A stretch of DNA of 64,000 bases from Ostrea edulis (lineage: Eukaryota). How positions within the stretch are numbered: position 1 is the stretch's first letter; each line of letters opens with the position of its first letter. The stretch spans positions 10,478,001 to 10,542,000 of the forward strand of contig NC_079167.1 of assembly GCF_947568905.1 (NCBI RefSeq). Direction: 5' to 3'. The translations under genes and the position numbers were made by a program. Under the pieces are notes generated by a model. That model had not been told where the DNA came from, ran no database searches, and saw nothing but the letters and a program-made list of their open reading frames with translations. Shown here piece by piece: positions 49,896-59,755 of the stretch.

Positions 49896-52800
49896 TGAAT
49901 ACTCCTTCTTCACCGCCTCCCACTCCTCCTTTTCAGGCATTTTGGGGGTAATCCCATTAAAGAACCGATGCCACTGCACCTTGTTCTGCAAAACAAACAC
50001 ATACATCACAAATAGGACTACAACCTCTGGATGTCAAAATACTTATACTAAGTATCAAGATGGTAAAATATAAGAAGAAATTTATATATGCACTATTGAA
50101 TTAGTTAATTCTTACCCAGAACTTCTTACAAGCACGTGTATTTTCAAACTCCAGGACACACTTTGATTTATCATACATGTGTTGTTTAAGACAGTCTAAT
50201 GCCATCTGTCCTTCCTGAAACATTAGAATATATATATGTCTAACATTATATCATATGTATGTATCATCTGCACGGGAAGTATATAGAGGGCTATCAAAAC
50301 TTCGAAAGCATGTTACTGCATGCATTATGTAAATTAAGAATAAAACTGTGTTCCAGCAGTAACCCGAAACTATCCTATATAATATATCACCCCTCCTAAA
50401 TTGTCCCGAGCCCATGTAGCGAGACTGGGATAAAATCTAGATAATCAATATAATTTTATAATCTCGGACATTAGGATTATGAAAGATTTTTTTTCCAACA
50501 CTAAAAACTGTTGATGTATATGTAGCTCAAATTTTCACTGTAGTAACCTTTAGAGCTCGCTATTTGAGCAGCCCACTGTGCTCACTATCAGCAAATAAAC
50601 AATTGGGAGAAAGTGCAAAAAAAAGCTACATGATTCCTATTTAACAACTACACAGACCAAACACCAGGCTGTGTCACAAAAATGATAAGCACACTTAAGT
50701 GGGAAAGCCTAGGAGAGAGAAGAAAAGGAAACAGGATCTGTATGCTATACAAAATCAAGGATAAATTAATTGATATAGACTGCCAACAATATATCAAATC
50801 CAGTGACAACAGAACAAGAGGGAAAGACCGTCTGCTTCAGGAAAGGACCAATAATGAAATCTACGGAAATTCCTTCTTCCCAAACACCATCTGGGACTGG
50901 AACCTTCTACCAATGGAAACAACATCGGCCAAGACAGTAGAGGATTTTAGGAGTGCTCTAAAGGCGCATCATAAAACCAACTACACCAACACCCCCATAA
51001 ACTGTACACAGTTGGAAGAAGACTGCTGTGTTGCTCATTGCAACACTGCAAAAAGTTTTCGCGGAACCATATACATTCACTCGTGAATCCGGTTCCTTAA
51101 TTGGGAGAAGAAGCGCTCAGGACAATTTAGTATTTAGGAATCTTTATACTTTCCCAACGGCAACACCTTAACTGTGACCACATGTAGAAAGACCCATGAC
51201 TTAATTAAGTGACTTCAGAACAGTCACTACCTATCTAACTTATTTTTTTTTTCATTTAACACATCTATCTATCTTCTTATGAACGAGCATCGGGAAAGTT
51301 CAAAACTACACAATTCATAATCATAGCAAGCCAGTGCATACTGCATAGCGCTGGCTCTGACTAAAGTGCACGAAATAATCCGAGCTAAATTTAAACCCTT
51401 AACAAGAAAAAAAATTTGCCGCCAATCTCAGAAGTCCCTTGTCAAAAATGACTCAGACAGGGTTCCAAATTACTGCTCGCCCACTCGCATTGGCGACTAT
51501 ACTTTGCATGTGGGCACCCAAAATTTCTGTTCTCGTCGCCCACTTGGCGACCATAATTGTCCGATCAACATTTTTCTTTCCGACCGATCTGATTTTACCA
51601 CTTTGCGAGACATTCTTGATGTATCAAACCTTCCAAAACGTAAACCAGAAGAAGTTGAACAACGCAAGGGTTACTTCAAATGAAAAGAAAGCATCTTTTT
51701 TTTTTTACCAAAGTGGAAAGAAGGGGAGAATATGGGTCGATGACGGTGATAAGAGAATGGCATGTGCTGTGGGTACAAAGCATGACACGAAAGGTCCAGT
51801 CATTATGACAGCTTGCCCGAGTTATAAACCTGACAGCATTGTAAATCCGAGAACTTTCAAAATCGCTAAAAAGTCTGAAGAAGCGTGTGTTGAAGTCAGA
51901 CGCCGCGAAGATCATAAATCCATGAACTCTAATATTTTTGATAGGTTAACAAAATGAGAGTGGAAATGAAAGAGAGGGGTAGAGGGATAGAGAGAGAGAG
52001 TAATCTCAGCTGAGATTCCGCTTGGCTGAATATTTGGACTGACGCCTTCACCGAATCTCGGAGCAGTCCAAATATTCAGCCAAGCTGAATCTCAGCCGAG
52101 ATTAAGAGAGAGAGAGGTGTTTGAAACAGAATTTGAATATTGATATTTTAATTTTTTAAAAATAAATTGCAATGTGAGTAACCTGATGTTTCTTTTATCT
52201 TTTTATCTTTTTTATAAAAAAAACATGTTCTTCAATTTAATATGTGTGGGCTACTAAAATTTCATGTGGGCTAAAATAATTTCTTATTTAGGGGCCCACT
52301 TGGCCCCTAAGGTATTTGGTCAAAGTTGGAACCCTGCTGAAATCTCGCAAAGTCACACCTTGGATTATGATTGTGTACTTATGTGGATTATCATCCTAAT
52401 CTTGTGGTCTCCTAGCTTGAAATTCAGTGCACCATTAAGCATAATGTTTAACAAAGTGCAATCCTTCTGAAAGGCAGGACAAGATTATGTGTGACGTCAT
52501 ATCTACGTTTTGACGTATGTCATAATAAGACTGACAGTGGCATATTTAAATACTTGCTATTTCCATTTGTAAAAGTCATGTTACCGGGATAATATACGTA
52601 AACATTTGGCTTTACACAGCATCGAATACAATTTGAAATTGTGTATAATCGACTGCAAACCACAAATCTGATTAAAATACTAAAGTCTCAAAAGGAATTG
52701 ATTATTCTAACAAGAAAAAGAGAGACTAACTTGTTAAGCTATGTGAGGTAGCAAAGGTACTGAATTTTAAGCAATTTGAAATAAATTACAAAAAATCAAG

Positions 52801-55800
52801 GGAATTCGACCAGATTGAAAACTTTTCTTAATTTTTGGGTTTTTTTTCTGCATCTAAAAATAAAGAACTGCTTAAATATATTTCCTCCAGGTACGTCCGG
52901 TAATGCAAACCACGATGACAACAACAACAACCCCAATAATAAACAACCACTTGCTATTAACGACTAAAAAATTCAAGTTTTGTGAATAAATCTTAATGTA
53001 ACCTTACAATAACAGTGGAGACTGGAGAGGGACTCAAATATGTTGCAATTTATTGAAATGAATAATTATATGCGAATGCTGAAATATTTCATCATTGTGT
53101 TACAACAAAGATTATGTACAATATTATAAATATTCTTCTTATTTTCTCTTCTGAAACATGCCATTGCTACAAAGGGGATTGTTATATGAATTTCATTTTT
53201 ATGCCCCCCTTTGAAAAAGAGGGGGCATATTGTTTTGCAACTGTCGGTCGGTCGGTCTGTCGACCATGTGTTGTCCGCTCAATATCTTGAGAACCATTCA
53301 CTTGATGATAATGATATTTCATATGTGGGTTGGTTATGAGTAGAAGAGGACCCCTAGTGTTTTTCAGGTCAAAAGGTCAAAGGTCAAGGGTCAATCTACT
53401 CTAGACATAGGAATATAATGTCCGCTCAATATCTTGAGAACCCTTTGCTTGAAAAAGATCAAACTTAGCACACTGGTACATCCTAAGGAGTAGATGATCT
53501 CTATTGATTTTGAGGTTATATGGTCAAAGGTCAAGGGTCAAACTGGCATAGGAATATACTGACCATTCAATGTCTAGAGAACCCTTTGCTTGACAGACAT
53601 CAAACTTGGCACACCAGTACATCTTCAAAAGAAAATGACCCCTATTGATTTTGAGGTCACATAGTCAAAGGTCAAGGGTCAAACTGGACATAGGAATATA
53701 CTGTCCGTTCAATATCTTGAGAACCCTTTGCTTGACAGACATCAAACTTAGTACAGTGGTATATCTTCAGGAGAAGATGAATCCTATTGATTTTGAGGTC
53801 ACATGATCAAAGGTCAAGGGTCAAACTGGACATTGGAATATGCTGTCTGCTCAATATCTTGAGAACCCTTTGCTTGACAGACATCAAACTTGGTACACTG
53901 GTACGTATTCAGGAGAAGATGACCCCTATTGATTTTGAAGTCACATGGTCAAAGGTCAAGGGTCAACCTGGACATTGGAATATACTGTCCGCTCAATATC
54001 TTGAGAACCCTTTGCTTGACAGACATCAAACTTAGTACAGTGGTGTATATTCAGGAGGAGATGACTCCTATTGATTTTGAGGTCACATGGTCAAACTGAA
54101 CATAGTAATATACTGTCCACTCAATATCTTGATAACCCTTTTGCTTGACAGACATCAAACTTAGTACACTGGTACATCTTCAGGAGAAGATGACCCATAT
54201 TGATTTTGAGGTCAAAAGTCAATTGTTGAACTGGACATAGTAATATGCTGTCTCATATATTTTAAGAATTATTTGCTTGATTGACACCAAACTTGACACT
54301 GGTACAGCATAAGGAGTAGATTACCCCTATTGATTTTTAGGTCACATGGTCAATTCACTCTTGACATAGGAAGATATTGCCTGCTCAATATTTTGAATTG
54401 ATGATACTACTATCAATTAAATGATGTGTATGTATAACCCTTTTCAATTTTGCACCATGGGGGGCATATGTGTTTTACAAACATCTCTTGTTTTAAAATT
54501 AGATAGGTGTGCGTAGAGGGGTGGGGAGTCCGTGCATGTATGTGCAATAGTGTTGAATTTATAGTGATTCCCAAGGTCTTCTGGTACGCACTGGACATCT
54601 GGTCCAGTAATGGTTGAGATATTACTGGACCAAATCACATTTTACCAGACCAAAATTTTATATGCTTAATCCCCTATTGTGGTCCCACCCTACCCTTGGG
54701 GGCTAGGGTTTTGACAAACTTGAATTTACACTATATCAGGAAGCTTACAATTTCATGTAAATTTGAACTTTTTGGCCCAGTGGTTCTTGAGAAGAAGATT
54801 TTTAAAGATGTTTCCTATATATTCCCATGTAAACCTTTGATCCCCTATTGTCGCCCTACCCTACCCCCGGGGGCCATGATCTTAATCAACTTGAATCTGC
54901 ACTATGTCAGGAAGCTTTCATGTAAATTTGAACTTTCTGGCCCAGAATGGCATCGGCGACATACTTTATTAGCCCAAGCATTTCACTTCAGATTCGTCAG
55001 TTGAGTAAACTTTTCCAACCCTTGTTCAACACCAGTGTTATGAAATACATGTGTGGGTTTTTTTTAACTCGAGCAATTCGCGTAACTCAAACGCAAATTG
55101 TTCAATCAAACTTGCCCATGTTGTTCAAGTACTTCTTGATCAGAGTATAGTTTAAACGATTTATTTACCTGTTATTTATTACCTAATTCAAACGCTTCAA
55201 AGACGTCTGTAGTTTCACTGGATATTGGGGAATTGAAGATGATTGCAAGTTTGATAAATATTTGAGTCAAACGTAAACACGTTTTCTGTTTGCAATGACT
55301 AAAGAACAGAATAAATTTTGGGACAAGCTGCTAAAAATTGAAAATTTATCTAATCATGTATTTTATTCAATGGGGAAAAAAATTATCGGACACTTGGTCC
55401 AGTCTACAAGTGATATTGATCGGACCAAAACAAAAATTACCGGACATTTGCCAATGTCCGACGGACCTTCGGAATCACTGAATTTATCGATTTATTAAAA
55501 ATCATAATCATATTGAAATGCATTTGAAATGTTCAAAGGCAGTGCTATTCACACAGTATTACAAACTTGAAAGGTTTGCAACAAGACTTCAATATTTTTA
55601 TCACACAATTGGGGACTTAGATTTAAGATTGAAAGTAGAAATAAGGATAGAGGCAGTCGAGAGCACACAGATCAGAGCATTTCGCGTGTCTAAGATTAAG
55701 CAAGTCACAGTGAAGGCAACAGGAATAAAATGTATATAGTATAAAAATATTTCAATCACATTTCATGTATTTTATGTTTTAATGATTTAATATAAAACCC

Positions 55801-56940
55801 TGGAAGAAAACTAAAATTGGCTGTTTCCGCTGCCTAATTTCATTCATGTACAGAGTATTTGGTGAATATATATTGTTTAATTGAACATGATTAAAGCATG
55901 GATATTATAAAATATGTACATACATGTAGCAGCGCTCGCTCAAACGGTTGAACCGTCAACATATTAGTGATTATTACCAGGGTTGGCAAAAGAGTGGTCA
56001 ATATGAGTACTGACCGGGCGAGTGGTCAATACTGGTTAAAACTGGTCAATATTGGTTAATACTGGTCGATTGAAGATTATTTGGTCATTATAGTCTGTGT
56101 TATTTATTTTAAATGTTTAAGTGACCATTATGGTAAATACTGTAATTCATAACATGCACTATCAGTTTATAATATACTTATAAGTCATAATATTAAATAA
56201 ATAATGTACAAATGACTCTGTCGAATTGGGGAAGATGTAAAAGTTTCTGTTCAAATTCCTTAGTTTAACAAGAGAACTACCTAGTATTGTTTCATCAATC
56301 TTCATTTTAACTGTTGAATAAACATTCGAGGGGGTGTGTTGGTGATGTTTTCATAACAATAACAGGCACACTGGTCATCTCTGGTCCCAGCCTATGCTTA
56401 TTAACCTGTCAACTCTGCTTCCTGTGCTCAGGTAATGTCCAGCTACCTTTTATTCTTAATCTGTCCAGGTACATGTAGTAAAAGGTCTGTCTCCAATCAT
56501 CAAGCTATGCTATAGAACTGTGACCCTCTGGTTGGTACTAAAGATATTTCGGTCAGTTTCAGCAAACCAAATATATTAAATTTATGAAATTGCATTTGAT
56601 TATCTAATGAAAAATATCAATCAACAATTGATCCATACAATGAAGACTTAATTTATCTTTATCTTTGCAATAAATGTACAAAAATAGGAAAATGGACAGT
56701 TTAAATCACAATTGACCAGTATTGACCACTTAGGGAGTATTGACCGGGACGGTTAAAACCACTGGTTAAAACCGGGGGCGGTTTTGACCGCCCAACCCTG
56801 ATTATTACCTCATAACAAGGGTCTTTATCATTCCTATCTAGTTCTCGTTGTTTGAATTCCTCTCTTCTTTTTACAAATGAATCATTTGCACTCTCAGACG
56901 AAATTCCCTTCGCAGACGATAGATCACTCATTTTCTCCAT
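49878..56940 (-). CDS. CHCHD7: CHCHD7 / COX23 twin CX9C mitochondrial intermembrane-space protein, ~112 aa
   Basis: Exons 56940-56809 (MEKMSD...ELDRNDKDPCYE), 50214-50116 (EGQMALDCLKQHMYDKSKCVLEFENTRACKKFW), 49985-49878 (NKVQWHRFFNGITPKMPEKEEWEAVKKEYSKWISN*), all phase 0. C-YEEGQMALD-C and C-VLEFENTRA-C. The ends CKKFW-N..R..NG..P.MP..E match CHCHD7. Confidence 0.88.
50550..51110 (+). mobile_element. CR1/L2-type LINE 3' fragment
   Basis: ...TKMISTLKWESLGERRKGNRICMLYKI...RTRG...YGNSFFPNTIWDWNLLP, a typical RT C-terminal tail. Confidence 0.75.
51340..52336 (+). mobile_element. hAT-derived relic with a degenerate N-terminal TTF/ZNF862-type zinc-finger segment
   Basis: Frameshifted FLPKWKEG / RIWVDDGDKRMAC...TACPSYKPDSI resembles F...W..gRpWL....M.C..C...GC.SFK.DS. 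Right end caaagttggaaccctg (CAGGG-type TIR); left end not resolved. Confidence 0.5.
52003..52102. mobile_element. 100-bp fold-back MITE, TA TSD, inserted in (AG)n
   Basis: The 41-bp arms, counted with the TA, differ at only 2 positions. TA at 52001-52002 and 52103-52104. Confidence 0.85.
53200..54492 (+). mobile_element. Complete HINE-like element with a 142-bp internal satellite (~7 units)
   Basis: 5' hairpin atgcccccctttgaaaaagagggggcat and (gtcg)n; aatatcttgagaacc at 53428, 53569, 53711, 53853, 53995, 54123; 3' ggggggcatatgtgttttacaaacatctcttgtt. Confidence 0.85.
54562..55480. mobile_element. hAT-like non-autonomous element carrying a HINE fragment (~54667-54950)
   Basis: TIRs tagtgattcccaaggtc / gaccttcggaatcactg. 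AATTTA precedes the left end and follows the right end (imperfect TSD). Confidence 0.6.
55978..56800. mobile_element. hAT-like non-autonomous element, 823 bp, perfect 8-bp TSD
   Basis: cagggttgg ... ccaaccctg ends; ATTATTAC at 55970-55977 and 56801-56808; subterminal tggtcaata/tattgacca repeats. Confidence 0.85.
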
Positions 56941-56989
56941 CTGTCAGTTGCATAATTCAAACCATTCAAGGTTTTTGTTTACCCTTCAT

Positions 56990-57310
56990 AACTGGCCATG
57001 GGCGCAGACATATTGAATCGTGACGTCAAGGATTCGAAGGCAATTCCCAGAATTCAATGCGCCAATGGCGACCGATGGGACTACAATCCGTCTTTGTCCA
57101 AACAGGCCAATAAAAGAACAAAAATAGGTTTCTGTCTGGTAAGGATGCAACAAATACATATGAAAGAATGATATACAATATTTCTGTGATGTAAAAATGT
57201 TGAAGTCTGCTCCGTAATTAGGTCGATCTTCGGGTTTTCCCATTGGTAGCCTGACCCCTCCCTGGTACCTCAGTGTAGGCCATACGGTGAAAAGTTACTT
57301 ACTAGTTCTC
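56990..57310. promoter_or_regulatory. Putative bidirectional promoter/5' exon region between CHCHD7 and the PRDM gene
   Basis: Relatively GC-rich; perfect CRE TGACGTCA at 57021-57028; CCAAT at 57062 and ~57107; strong donors on both strands (+ CTG|GTAAGG at 57139; - CTA|GTAAGT at 57302). Confidence 0.45.
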
Positions 57311-57823
57311 GAAGGGGGCACATGTTGTCATTTTAAACAGTTGTAGATTCAGTGGAAGTCACGAACTGATGACAGTACAACTTTTCAGAGTAAAATGATA
57401 CCAAAGAATCTTGACTTTCTAACCTTATTATGGCTTGTACATGTACATCTATATAGTGAAAATGTAATGCATGTTATAAATATAGTGAAAAATTTGATAT
57501 TTGCTTGCAATCTTGAGGTGGCTGGCTACTCCTTGAAAAAGTTTATCAAATCAGCACGAAATGATTTAATCATGAAAGATGTAATGATGTGTAATAAGTA
57601 CATATATATTTCTAAAAGGCGAGTGGATAACCATGATTTTCTAAAATATATATTTCAATAAATAACACAAAAACAGTTAGTCACTGGTGGATTTAAAATT
57701 GGGATCTGCGGGTCAGGAACCTGAAACTTTATCCACTGAGCTTTGCAGATATACAAACAAATCAATCGATACAAGTAATTTCACAAAACATTTGAATAGC
57801 CATGCTCTTGTGACGTGTCTTGC

Positions 57824-58164
57824 CTGGATTTTTTTTGGGGGGGCGGGGGGCAACAATGTCAGCAACTTTTATTTTGTAATCGATTAGTAGCATAATAAAT
57901 CTCTGAACGACCGACAATTGATCATCGGCAACAATCATTTCATCACTATCAAATATTGCATGAAAACAGTCTAAACACATCACAGGGGACGAAGCACGTT
58001 TTGGGCACAAACTCTGTGATACCATAAATATAGAAAGGGGTCTAATTCTGACCCAGATTAAAAAAACTACCCACTCGCTTCAAATGTCGGTTGTTCAGAG
58101 ATTTATTATGCTACTAATCGATTACAAAAAAGTTACTGACATTGTTGCCCCCCAAAAAATCCAG
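57824..58164. repeat. ~90-bp inverted repeat pair (MITE-like) upstream of, or in intron 1 of, the PRDM gene
   Basis: caacaatgtcagcaac...gtaatcgattagtagcataataaatctctgaacgaccgaca (~57850-57915) and its reverse complement at ~58084-58150. Confidence 0.8.
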
Positions 58165-59221
58165 ATATCACTTCAATTTTGTTCAGATTTTATTTTCTGT
58201 ATGTCAAACCTGATAAAAAAAAAAGGCAAACAAAATGGTTGGAGAAGTGAAGGAGAGTAACAAAAGTGACATTCAACAGTCAAATAAAGGAGTCTTTATC
58301 TGATATTTGAGACATCGTTATTTTAAATAAATTCCATTACTTGATATATTGAAATTCTGATTTATTTACCTATGAACAATGAAGAAGAATTCAAATGTTG
58401 TTTCCATATGTTTAATGATTCTGTTATCTATTTTGAGAAAAAAACCACTTAAATAACAATTCCGATTATTACTGATAATCTATTATGGTTTTTGGTCCGA
58501 TTGTCCATCACTAATATTTGGACAATCTATGTTACTTATAAATGTTTAAAATTCTTAACAATATATACTCAACTAGTTTGTCTAAAATTTAAGTGCCAAA
58601 TGTTACATTAAAATTATGTGACCTTCAGAGAAAACTATATTTACTAATGATTTTTACATAGAATAAACCATCTGAGAAGAAAATAACTTGAGGACAGTGA
58701 TTTTAATTGCTAATAAAAGTGATTATATGATATTATTCAAGGGCAAATCACTCAAACTCAGAAAAGCACATGAAGCATATTCTGATTTTATCTATATCAT
58801 CTCTGCAACCCTCTGTATTTTCATTGTTTAATATCACACACACACACACACACCCCATTTAATGTGAGTTGCCATAACATGTAGTGCACAAATTTCGTTA
58901 GATGTGCTTATATGAAAAATTTACTGTTAACAGTATCTAGTTTTCATGGGGTAAGACTTTCATTGTTTGAGATAGAAAAATAGCATGTATGTGAAGTGTT
59001 GTCATTTTTATGGTAGTTCATAATCTCTTCTTTTAGTTGGGGAGTTAAATTCTTTGGCATGTGCATACAAAATTACCACAACAAATTAATACCCACAAGA
59101 AACCAGAACTCTTCATTTTGTAATCTATATATACTCATTAAACACAATTATAAATGATATTTTGTAAATAGAATAATGTACTAATTTATTATCTTTGCTC
59201 CAGAACAGAAGAGGGCAAAAT

Positions 59222-59724
59222 ATGACGAATAGACATGAAGATCAATGTAAGTAAAGTTGTGGTTTTTATCTTTTTTGTACAATGTGGATTCTTTTTACTT
59301 TCTGTTGATATCTAAATTGTTTATACATAACAGAAATTTTTACAAATACATGGATTTTATAGGGCACCAAGACTTAATGACAAAAGGGGGTTTCCATCAG
59401 GTGTACGATAATGATATACCATCAAGAGCTCGGCTAACCTGCCCACCAGGCCTCAGTATAAAGGCAGTCAAGGACCATGAGGGTCGGACCAGTGAGTAGT
59501 AACACAGGGATTTGTATTAGGAGAATTGAAATAAGATGAAGTGTCCAATTTATACTCTTGTAATTATGAATGAATAGTTATGAATACTGATAAATGATGA
59601 TTTTTTCCATTCTGATTTATATCAAAGGTGTTATTAGAGGCTCTTGTTGTTTGAAGTAATACTCATAACAAAGTTGTTTAAACAAGTGTTGTGTAATATA
59701 GAGACCAATGTTTAATCAAAATTA

Positions 59725-59755
<31 letters not shown>

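Noticed and set aside
51366-51957. Intact protein-coding gene from the overlapping ORFs 51366-51957
   Set aside because: The meaningful motif is split over frames with stops and lost Cys/His, so it is better explained as a hAT transposase relic.
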